A model generated the notes under the pieces. The model searched no databases. It was not told where the DNA came from and was given only the letters and a program-made list of their open reading frames with translations. DNA of 64,000 nucleotides from Acidobacteriota bacterium (GTDB taxonomy: Bacteria; Acidobacteriota; UBA4820; DSQY01), in NCBI GenBank assembly GCA_037444825.1, contig JBBILR010000008.1, positions 17,450 to 81,449 of the forward strand. Direction: 5' to 3'. This document shows, piece after piece, positions 1 through 7,657 of the stretch. The translations under genes and the position numbers were made by a program. Every line of letters starts with the position of its first letter. The stretch's first letter is position 1.

Positions 1-622
1 CGATGTTGGGGGTGATGTTCTGGTCGCCGGAGGTGATGAAAATCTTCTCCCCGGAGAGCTTGTACTTGCCCTCGGCGATTTTCACGGCCTTGGTGCGGGA
101 GGCCCCCACGTCGGACCCGGCGCCGGGCTCGGTGAGGCACATGGTGCCGCCCCACTTGCCGGTGTAGAGCTTCTCGCAGAAGAGGCCCTTCATCTCGTCG
201 GTGCCGAAGTTCTCGATGAGGTGGCCGGTGCCGCGGCCCAGAAGCATGGTGAGGGCGAGGGCGGTGTTGGCGCCCACCATGAACTCGAAGATGCCGGTGC
301 CCACGCACTCCGGCAGGCCCATGCCGCCGTACTCCTGGTTGGCGGAGGCGCCGATCCAGCCCGCCTCGGCGATGGTCTTGTAGGCCTTGTGGAACGAGGG
401 GGGGAGGATCACCTTCCCGTTCTCGAAGCGGGCGCCCACGCGGTCCCCCTCCTCGTTGGTGGGGGCCAGCTCCCCCTGCACGACCTTGAGGGCCTCCTCC
501 AGGATCATCTCCAGGTCGTTGCGTTCGAAGCCGCTGAAGAGGTCCGCCTTCAGGACCTGGTTCAGGGGCAGCCACTCGAAGAGGTTGAACTTCACGTCTC
601 TGAGGTCGTCCTTGTAATCCAT
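1..622 (-). CDS. Acyl-CoA dehydrogenase, N-terminal part. The ATG is at 620-622 and the C-terminal part lies outside the window.
   Basis: The minus-strand translation reads MDYKDDLRDVKFNLFEW...GGTMCLTEPGAGSDVGASRTKA...IFITSGD. It contains the acyl-CoA dehydrogenase signature [GAC]-x-[ST]-E-x2-[GSAN]-G-[ST]-D. An AGGAGG RBS sits 6 nt upstream of the ATG. Confidence 0.8.
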   Translation of the reverse strand, partial: MDYKDDLRDVKFNLFEWLPLNQVLKADLFSGFERNDLEMILEEALKVVQGELAPTNEEGDRVGARFENGKVILPPSFHKAYKTIAEAGWIGASANQEYGGMGLPECVGTGIFEFMVGANTALALTMLLGRGTGHLIENFGTDEMKGLFCEKLYTGKWGGTMCLTEPGAGSDVGASRTKAVKIAEGKYKLSGEKIFITSGDQNITPNI

Positions 623-770
623 CGCTCACGCCTCCTTGCGGACTCGCCGCCGACCCTTGCCGGCCTACCGTTCACCCGTTTCGCCGAGAATCCGTCTCCC
701 CTGGTTATTGAGCCCTCATTCTCCCCCCCCTTTTTCGAAAAGGCAAGGGGGGACCGACCCTGCCCTTAGA

Positions 771-786
771 GAGTAAGTAAATACTC
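771..786. promoter_or_regulatory. AT-rich inverted repeat GAGTA-N6-TACTC in the divergent fadE-like/osmC intergenic region. This is a candidate operator.
   Basis: The sequence gagtaagtaaatactc is an AT-rich island in a 70% GC background and has dyad symmetry. It lies between the divergent start codons at 622 and 873. Confidence 0.3.
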
Positions 787-872
787 ACGATAAATCAAGC
801 CCCCTGGTCACCTTCGGCGTCCGGAGGCATCTTCCTCCTCTTGGAGCCCCCGACGGGGGGAAAGGAGTTCCC

Positions 873-1271
873 ATGGAACCGACCGTGACCTTTCCCGGAG
901 GCAAGCGCGTCCAAGCCCAGGTCCTCGGCCACACCATCGAGACCGACCAGGCCCCGGAGGCGGGCGGGGAAGGCTCGGCGCCGGAGCCCCACCTCCTCTT
1001 CCTGGCCTCTCTGGGGACCTGCGCCGGGATCTACGTCCTCTCCTTCTGCCGGCGGCGGGGGATTTCCTCCGAGGGGATCTTCCTCCGCCAGCGGATGGAC
1101 TTCGACCCCGCCGGCGCGCGCCTGACGCGGGTCACCCTCACCATCCACGTTCCGCCGTCCTTTCCGGAGAAGTACCGCGAGGCCCTGGTGCGGGCGGCCG
1201 ACCAGTGCGCCGTGAAGATGGTCCTCTTCGACCCTCCGGCCCTCGAGATCCGCACCGAGGCCTCCGCCTGA
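873..1271 (+). CDS. OsmC/Ohr family peroxiredoxin-like protein
   Basis: The 132-aa product has an OsmC-like core (HLLFLASLGTCAGIY...). A GGAAAGGAG RBS precedes the ATG. Confidence 0.8.
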   Translation: MEPTVTFPGGKRVQAQVLGHTIETDQAPEAGGEGSAPEPHLLFLASLGTCAGIYVLSFCRRRGISSEGIFLRQRMDFDPAGARLTRVTLTIHVPPSFPEKYREALVRAADQCAVKMVLFDPPALEIRTEASA

Positions 1272-1359
1272 AGAGCGCGCCGGCGGGCGCGCCGTGGTAC
1301 TCTAATAGACAGGGCCGAAGCACGACGGACCCCCGGCCCCGCACCGAGCGAAAGGAGCC

Positions 1360-2652
1360 TTGCCCATGGACCTTAGCCGAGCCGCCGCCGCCCTCCTCCT
1401 GTCCTCTTCCCTCCTCGCCTTCGCCGGCCCGCCGCCCCAGCGCGAGAAGGGGATCTACCGGCCCCACCAGAAGGACCCGGTCCTCACGGCCCTGGAGGAC
1501 GAAAACGCCGCCGCGGAGAAGGCCGCCCGGGAGGCCACCGAGGCCATCGTCCAGCGGGAGGAGGCCGCGGCCAAGGCCCGGAGGGAGGAGCAGCCGGACT
1601 TCGTGGCGGACCTCTCGGCCATTCCGCGGCCCAAGGGCCCCGAAGACTTCGCCGTCCGCCACTGGGCCTTTCCCCCCGTGGCCCAGTACCTCACCGGAAC
1701 CTGCTGGTCCTTCTCCACCACCTCCTTCATGGAGTCGGAGGCGAAGCGCCTGTCGGGGCGCGAGGTGAAGCTGTCGGAGATCTGGACCGTCTACTGGGAG
1801 TACGTCGAGAAGGCCCGGAGGTACGTGGAGACGCGGGGGAACTCCGTCTTCGAGGAGGGCTCGGAGGCCGAGGCCATCCCCCGCATCTGGAAGGCCTACG
1901 GGGTGGTTCCCGCCGCCGCCTACCCCGGCGTCCGGAGGGAGGACGGCCGCCACGACCACGAGCCGCTCCTCCAAGAGCTCAAGGCCTACCTCGCCTACTG
2001 CAAGGAGAACAACTACTGGGACGAGGCCGCGGTTCTTTCGTCCGTCCGGGCCATCCTGGACCGGACGTTGGGGCCCCCGCCGGCCTCGGTGGAATTCGAA
2101 GGAAGGACCTATTCCCCGAAGGAGTTCCTGGGAGAGGTCCTGCGCCTGAACCCCGACGACTACGTCTCCTTCGTCTCCACCGAGTCCTTCCCCTTCTACA
2201 CCCGGGGGGAGCTCCGCGTGGAGGACAACTGGTGGCACTGTGACGCCTACGTCAACCTTCCCCTGGAGGAGTGGTACGGCCTGCTCCTGGCCGCCGTGAA
2301 GGCCGGCTCCACCGTCTGCATCGGCGGGGACGTGAGCGAACCGGGGTACGACGGCTTCCAGAAGGCGGCGGTGGTGCCCTCCTTCGACATCCCCGCCGCC
2401 TTCATCGACCAGGACGCCCGGGAGATGCGGGTGGTGGAGGGCTCCACCACCGACGACCACGGCGTCCACCTGGTGGGGTACACGAAGGCGGCCGGCGCCG
2501 ACTGGTTCCTCATCAAGGACTCCGCCCGGGCGGCGCGGAAGGCCCCCCCCGAGGGCTGGCTCTTCTACCGGGGGGACTACGTCCGCCTGAAGATGCTCTC
2601 GTACATGGTCCACAAGGATTTCGCCAGGGAGGTTCTGGCGAAGGTCCGCTAG
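1360..2652 (+). CDS. Secreted papain-family (C1, aminopeptidase C/bleomycin-hydrolase-like) cysteine peptidase
   Basis: There is an N-terminal signal peptide (LLLSSSLLAFAG). The catalytic Cys motif is TGTCWSFSTTSF, with a downstream His region (DHGVHLVGY). AAGGAG lies 7 nt upstream of the ATG. Confidence 0.7.
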   Translation: MPMDLSRAAAALLLSSSLLAFAGPPPQREKGIYRPHQKDPVLTALEDENAAAEKAAREATEAIVQREEAAAKARREEQPDFVADLSAIPRPKGPEDFAVRHWAFPPVAQYLTGTCWSFSTTSFMESEAKRLSGREVKLSEIWTVYWEYVEKARRYVETRGNSVFEEGSEAEAIPRIWKAYGVVPAAAYPGVRREDGRHDHEPLLQELKAYLAYCKENNYWDEAAVLSSVRAILDRTLGPPPASVEFEGRTYSPKEFLGEVLRLNPDDYVSFVSTESFPFYTRGELRVEDNWWHCDAYVNLPLEEWYGLLLAAVKAGSTVCIGGDVSEPGYDGFQKAAVVPSFDIPAAFIDQDAREMRVVEGSTTDDHGVHLVGYTKAAGADWFLIKDSARAARKAPPEGWLFYRGDYVRLKMLSYMVHKDFAREVLAKVR

Positions 2653-2715
2653 GGCCGGGGCTTTGACAGCGGGGCGCGTCCCTTCCATAATTCGGGAATA
2701 CGAGGGGATGACGCC

Positions 2716-4596
2716 ATGAACCGTTCGGTCTTCGCCAGGCACGTCGTCGGGGAAACCACCTCCACTTCCGTCTCGGGCACCCTGTCCAAGGCTCTGCCCC
2801 TCACGGGGGAACCGGTCCTGCGCTTCCTGAACCGCCTTCCGGACCTGGTTTCCGCCCACTTCGAGGCGGAGCGGGTGGTCCTCAAGAACGCCAAGGACTG
2901 GAAGAAGGTCCGGGACCTGAGGGCCCTGAACCTTCTGGAGGCCGGCAAGGAGGGGCAGACCCTCTTCGCCGTCCTGGAGTACCACCCCGGGCGGTGCCTC
3001 TCCGACGTGCTGGAGCGCCTGCGGCGGGAGGGAATGCCTTTGGCGGCGGACCAGGCGGTGTACCTCACGGAGCGGGCCGCCGGGGCCGCCCTCTCCCTGG
3101 CGGAGCAGGGGCTCACGGCGGGGGGCCTCTCCCCCGACCGGCTCTTCGTCACCTTCGAGGGGGAGGTGAAGGTCCTGCCGTGCCTCTTCAAGGGCATCTC
3201 CGCCACCCCCCTCGCCGCCGAACCGGCCCTGGAGCCCTACCTGCGGTACCTCCCGGCGCCGGAGGCGGCTCAGGCCTTCAAGAGCGCGGCGGACGTCTAC
3301 AGCCTGGGGGCCCTCCTCTTCGAATTCCTCTGCCGCCAGCCCTTCCGAAACGCCCCCGCCGCCGAGTTCGATCCCGCGGCCCGTCTGGAGCAGGGCCGGA
3401 AGGGGTTGGACGGCGCGGAGCCCATCCCCGAGAACCTCTTCTCCCTCCTTCGGAAGAGCCTCCTCCTCGGTTCTCCGGAGGCCTTCCTCTCCCTGGGGGC
3501 CTTCAAGGAGCAGGTGGACCTCCTCATCACCTCCGGGGAGTACAGCCCCACCACCTTCAACATCGCCTTCCTCATGCACTCCCTGTACCGGGGGGAGGAC
3601 GAGGCGGAGGACGCGGCCGACAAGGCCTTCCTGGCCCTGGACCGAAGACCCTATGAGGCGCAGGCGGCCCCGGCCCCCGCCCCCGCGCCGGCCGGGGTGG
3701 AAGGAGAGGGAGCCCCCCGGGCCGTTCCGGAGCCCTCCTTCTCCGCCGCGGAGGAGGCCCGGGAAGAGAAAGCCTCCCCGGCCGGCCGCAAGACCCTCTG
3801 GATGGGAGTGGCCGCCGCCGCGGCGGTGGTGGTGGTGGGAGGGGGGATCTTCCTGGCCCTGCGGTCCCGGGGGCCCTCCCCGGAGGAGCTCGCCGCCCGC
3901 CAGAAGCTGGAGGCGCTGGAGAAGGAACGGGCCCTCTTCCAGGCCCAGCAGGAGGAGATGGCCCGGCGCATGAAGGCCTTGGAGGAAGAGAAGGCGGCCC
4001 TGGCCGACCAGGTCTCCAAGGCCAAGACCGCCGAGGAGAAGGCCCGGGCCCAGAAGGCCCTGGAGGAGGCCCAGCAGCGGCTGAAGGCCCAGGAGGAGGA
4101 GCGGCGGCGCCTGGAAGAGGCCGCCCGGAAGACCGAGGCGCCCAAGACGGCCCCCTCCTCGGCCGCCGCCCCGGCGCCGGAACCCGCCCCCGCCGCACCG
4201 CCCGCGGTGTCGCCGGCGGTGGAATCCCCCGCCACGGAGGCGGCTTCCCCCAAGGTCCCGGAGCCGCCGCCCGCGGCCCCGGCCCCCGCCAAGGTCCGGG
4301 CGGGGGACTTCGTGGAGCTGTGGGCGGTGGACATCAAGCCCAAACAGACCAACTCCCTGCAGCTGGACGTCACCAGCCCCGCCCGCCAGAACCGCCTCAA
4401 GGGAACCTTCTTCGTGGAGGTGGAGGTCAACGAGCGGGGGGACGTCACCGACGCCCGCGTGGTGCGGGGGCCCAGCCCCGACTTCGGCATGAACGACGCC
4501 TGCCGGCGGGCGGCCCTCAAGCTGAAGTTCAGCCCGGCCCTCAAGGACGGCGTCCCCGTCCGGACCAAGGTCACCTTCCCCGTCGTGATGAAGTGA
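2716..4596 (+). CDS. Fusion protein with a degenerate protein-kinase-like (pseudokinase) domain, one TM helix, a coiled-coil, a Pro/Ala-rich linker and a TonB C-terminal domain
   Basis: The N-terminal ~300 aa have the kinase C-lobe motif DVYSLGALLFEFL (subdomain IX-like) and a hinge-like FAVLEYHPG. They lack HRD and DFG catalytic motifs. The TM segment is WMGVAAAAAVVVVGGGIFLAL. There is an EEKA/QKALEEAQQRLKAQEEERRRLEE coiled coil, then PAPEPAPAAPPAVSP. The C-terminus (FVEVEVNERGDVTDARVVRGPSPDFGMNDACRRAALKLKFSPALKDGVPV) resembles TonB_C. Confidence 0.65.
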   Translation: MNRSVFARHVVGETTSTSVSGTLSKALPLTGEPVLRFLNRLPDLVSAHFEAERVVLKNAKDWKKVRDLRALNLLEAGKEGQTLFAVLEYHPGRCLSDVLERLRREGMPLAADQAVYLTERAAGAALSLAEQGLTAGGLSPDRLFVTFEGEVKVLPCLFKGISATPLAAEPALEPYLRYLPAPEAAQAFKSAADVYSLGALLFEFLCRQPFRNAPAAEFDPAARLEQGRKGLDGAEPIPENLFSLLRKSLLLGSPEAFLSLGAFKEQVDLLITSGEYSPTTFNIAFLMHSLYRGEDEAEDAADKAFLALDRRPYEAQAAPAPAPAPAGVEGEGAPRAVPEPSFSAAEEAREEKASPAGRKTLWMGVAAAAAVVVVGGGIFLALRSRGPSPEELAARQKLEALEKERALFQAQQEEMARRMKALEEEKAALADQVSKAKTAEEKARAQKALEEAQQRLKAQEEERRRLEEAARKTEAPKTAPSSAAAPAPEPAPAAPPAVSPAVESPATEAASPKVPEPPPAAPAPAKVRAGDFVELWAVDIKPKQTNSLQLDVTSPARQNRLKGTFFVEVEVNERGDVTDARVVRGPSPDFGMNDACRRAALKLKFSPALKDGVPVRTKVTFPVVMK

Positions 4597-4638
4597 GCCG
4601 GGGCGCCCTAAGCGCCGGCGCCGGGTCGGGATGGAACC

Positions 4639-5871
4639 ATGGGTAGGCGCCCTCTGGCGGTTCTCCTCCTGACCGTGGCGGCCCTCTCGTCCCGGGCGGG
4701 GGACCGGGAGGCCGACCTCCACGCCCTGGCGGCGCCTCCCGAGGCCGAGCGGTCGGTGGAGTTCCTGGCGCGCTACCTGGCGGGGGAGGGAAGTCCCGCC
4801 CGGACGGAACGGGAGAAGGCCCGGGCCCTCTTCCGGTGGGTCACCGACCGGGTGGCCTACGGCCCCGCCACCGTCGGGGGAGGGTCCCCCGCGGAGGTCC
4901 TTTCGCGCCGGGAGGCCGTCTGCTTCGGCTACGCCGGCCTCTTCGAAGCCCTCTGCGCCGCCGCGGGCCTGAAGTGCGTCGTGGTGGAGGGCTTCGGAAA
5001 GGGACGGACCTACACCGTGGGGGATCCGACGGCGGGTCCCCCCAACCATGCCTGGAACGCCGTCTGGGCGGAGAATCGCTGGAACCTGGTGGACTGCACC
5101 TGGGGGGCCGGGCGGACCGAGGAGGGGGGGCGCTTCGTGCGCCGCTTCGACCCCTTCTACTTTTTCACCCCGCCGGAGCTTTTCGCCCAGGACCACTTCC
5201 CGGTGGATCCGCGGTGGCAGCTCCTCGATCCGCCCCTCTCCCGCGAAGCCTTCGAGGCCCTCCCCCACGTCCAGTCCACCTTTTACGCGCTGGGCCTCTC
5301 CTGGGACGGGGAGCGGACCGGGCCCCTCCGGACCTCGGGAGAGGCGTTGGTCTCCGTGAGGGTCCCCCGAGGCGTGGGCCTCATGGCCCGGCTCCTGGAC
5401 CGGCAAGGGGGCGACCTCGGCGAGCGCGTCCTCCTTTCGCGGAGAGCCGGGAAAGTGGAGGTGCGCGCCCTCTGCCCGGGGGAGGGCCGGTACGTGCTCC
5501 GGCTTCTGGCGAGGAAAGGAACCGGAGCCGACCCTTTCGACTGGGCGGCGGACCTGCTGGTGGTCTCCGAGGGGACGGAGGGCGCGACGCGGCGCTACCC
5601 CTTCCTCTACGGGGATTGGGTGGACCTCGGCTGTGCCTTGGAGGAACCCCGCTACGACCCCCTCCCGGCGGGGAGGCGGGTCGCCTTCCGGCTCTCCGCC
5701 CCCGGGGCGGTGGAGGTGGTGGTGGTCTCCGAAGGGCGGTGGGAGAGGCTGGGACCCGCCCCCGGAGGCTTTTCGGGGGCGGTGAAGGTGCGGCGGGGGG
5801 AGGTGAGGGTGGCGGGGCTCTTCCCGGGGCGGCCGGGGTACACGGTGCTCCTGCGGTACGAAGCGAAGTGA
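4639..5871 (+). CDS. Secreted transglutaminase-like (Cys-His-Asp papain-fold) domain protein
   Basis: It has a signal peptide. CFGYAGLFEALC, NHAWNAVW and a downstream Asp match the transglutaminase-like core. It starts 42 nt after the preceding gene. Confidence 0.7.
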   Translation: MGRRPLAVLLLTVAALSSRAGDREADLHALAAPPEAERSVEFLARYLAGEGSPARTEREKARALFRWVTDRVAYGPATVGGGSPAEVLSRREAVCFGYAGLFEALCAAAGLKCVVVEGFGKGRTYTVGDPTAGPPNHAWNAVWAENRWNLVDCTWGAGRTEEGGRFVRRFDPFYFFTPPELFAQDHFPVDPRWQLLDPPLSREAFEALPHVQSTFYALGLSWDGERTGPLRTSGEALVSVRVPRGVGLMARLLDRQGGDLGERVLLSRRAGKVEVRALCPGEGRYVLRLLARKGTGADPFDWAADLLVVSEGTEGATRRYPFLYGDWVDLGCALEEPRYDPLPAGRRVAFRLSAPGAVEVVVVSEGRWERLGPAPGGFSGAVKVRRGEVRVAGLFPGRPGYTVLLRYEAK

Positions 5872-5883
5872 AGGGGGGCGCCC

Positions 5884-6738
5884 TCAGAGGGCCCGGAGGG
5901 CCTCCTCCACTTCCTGGATGACGGTGTCCGGCGTGGAGGCCCCCGCGGTGAGCCCCACGCAGGAAAGGCCCTCGAACCACCGGGGATCGAGGTCTTCGGC
6001 GCCCTGCACGAGCAGGCTGGGCTTGTACCGGTTGCAGATCTCGAAGAGGTGGCGGGTGTTGGCCGACTGCTTGCCGCCGATGACCACCACCGCCTCCACC
6101 TCCGGGTCCTGGGCCAGCGCCCGGGCGGCCTCCTGGTTCTGCTTGGTGGCGTAGCAGACGGTGTCGGCCCGGCGGGTGTTGGGGTTCCGGGCCTCGATGG
6201 CCCGGACCACCTCCTCGTACTCCTCGGCGTTGAGGGTGGTCTGGTAGAGGACCCGGATGGCCCCGTACCGGGACCAGTCCACCGCCTCGGCCTGCTCCCG
6301 GGTCTGGAGGACGTGGTAGGCGGAGGGGTCCAGGTCGCGGGTGTACCCCACCACTTCGCGGTGGTTGGGGTCGCCGATGAAGACGAGGTGCTCCCCGGCC
6401 TCCAGCGCCCTCTGCGCCTCCCGGTGGATGTCGTAGACGAACTTGCAGGTGGTGTCCAGGACGGTGAGGCCCAGCTCCCGGGCGCGGGCGTGGGTGGAGG
6501 GGGGGACGCCGTGGGCGGAGAAGATCACCACCGGCTCCCGGACCTCCTCCAGGGCGTGGACGGTGCCGATCCCCAGCCGCTCCATCTCCTCCACCACGCG
6601 TTCGTTGTGGACCACCTGGCCGAGGATGGCCCCGCGCCCTCCCTGGGCGGCGAAGCGGCGGACCTTGAGGTCCGCCACCCGGACCCCCGAACAGAAGCCG
6701 TACTTTAACGCCCGCTTCACCTTCATGGCCTTCCCCAA
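5884..6738 (-). CDS. ispH: 4-hydroxy-3-methylbut-2-enyl diphosphate reductase
   Basis: The product carries conserved Cys at GFCSGV, TTCKFV and VCYATK, and reads as full-length IspH/LytB. The start could instead be the MKVKR ATG at 6726. Confidence 0.9.
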   Translation of the reverse strand: MGKAMKVKRALKYGFCSGVRVADLKVRRFAAQGGRGAILGQVVHNERVVEEMERLGIGTVHALEEVREPVVIFSAHGVPPSTHARARELGLTVLDTTCKFVYDIHREAQRALEAGEHLVFIGDPNHREVVGYTRDLDPSAYHVLQTREQAEAVDWSRYGAIRVLYQTTLNAEEYEEVVRAIEARNPNTRRADTVCYATKQNQEAARALAQDPEVEAVVVIGGKQSANTRHLFEICNRYKPSLLVQGAEDLDPRWFEGLSCVGLTAGASTPDTVIQEVEEALRAL

Positions 6739-6872
6739 CGCGCCGCCCTTTCGTTTTCTTCCTGGGGAAAGAGTATACGCGAAGGGGAGGGCGGCGCGTC
6801 ACCTTCGCGGGGAAACCTGTGCTTGCCGCGGGTCTCCCTCCGGGTGTACCTTGGGAAGCAGGGAGGCGGAAG

Positions 6873-7478
6873 ATGGCCAGGCCCAAACTGGGAGACCTTC
6901 TCTTGGAGGCCAACCTCATCGACGAGGTGCAGCTCCAGATCGCCCTCGAGGAGCAGAAGCAGCGGGGCACCCGCTTCGGCTCCACCCTCATCGCCCTGCA
7001 CTTCATCGACGAAAACGTGCTGACGGCCTTCCTCTCCCGCCAGCTCAACATGCCCTGCGTCTCCTTCGCCAACCTGGAGATCCCGCCGTCCGTCCTGGCC
7101 AAAATCCCCCGCGGCCTCGCCTTCCGCCACCACGCCCTCCCGGTGAAGGCCGACGGGAACCGCCTCTTCGTCGCCCTGGCGGACCCCATGGACCTGGACA
7201 CGCTGGAGGCGCTGGAGAAGGTCTCCGGCATGTCGGTGGTGCCCATGGTGGCTCCCCAGTCGAGCCTGGAGGAGGCCCTTCACCGCTTCTACCCCGAGCC
7301 CGCCCAGGGGGGGGCGGCCCTTCCGGGGACGGAGCCGGTGCTCTTTCCCGAGCTCATCCGCGAGATCGAGGAGATGGAGGTCTTCGGGCGGCAGTTTCAG
7401 GAGATCCGGGACCGGCTGGACCGGATCGAGGCCTCCCTGGCGGAGATCCGGGCCCTCCTCACGCGCCGGGATTCCTGA
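6873..7478 (+). CDS. Stand-alone MshEN (T2SSE_N / GspE N-terminal) domain protein. It is a predicted c-di-GMP receptor.
   Basis: It carries two tandem MshEN motifs: LGDLLLEANLIDEVQLQIALEEQ and RFGSTLIALHFIDENVLTAFLSRQ. These match RLGxxLxxxGxIxxxxLxxALxxQ. A GGGAGG RBS lies 6 nt upstream of the ATG at 6873. Confidence 0.7.
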   Translation: MARPKLGDLLLEANLIDEVQLQIALEEQKQRGTRFGSTLIALHFIDENVLTAFLSRQLNMPCVSFANLEIPPSVLAKIPRGLAFRHHALPVKADGNRLFVALADPMDLDTLEALEKVSGMSVVPMVAPQSSLEEALHRFYPEPAQGGAALPGTEPVLFPELIREIEEMEVFGRQFQEIRDRLDRIEASLAEIRALLTRRDS

Positions 7479-7657
7479 GCCCCCGCCCCGGGCGAAGAAG
7501 ACCCGCCGGGATCCGAGCCTTCCGCCTTGAACTCGCGGGCGGCGTGCGCTAGAATCTCCCCTCCTCCACCGGAGGTGGGCCACACCCTCCGGGCCTTCGG
7601 CCCGGCCCCCCCAACCGACGAGGACAGGCCCCGCCCTTTCGGGTCCGGGAGGTTCGC

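Noticed and set aside
1138-5406. A 1422-aa minus-strand ORF, the longest in the track
   Set aside because: It is antisense to four well-supported plus-strand genes. Its composition is Gly/Arg/Pro/Leu low-complexity typical of GC3-rich antisense frames. It has no RBS and no domain motifs. It is an artefact of stop-codon paucity at 70% GC.
5381-7246. A 621-aa minus-strand ORF overlapping ispH
   Set aside because: It occupies a different frame of the same strand as the clearly genuine ispH and runs through the MshEN gene antisense. Its low-complexity Pro/Arg/Gly translation is spurious.
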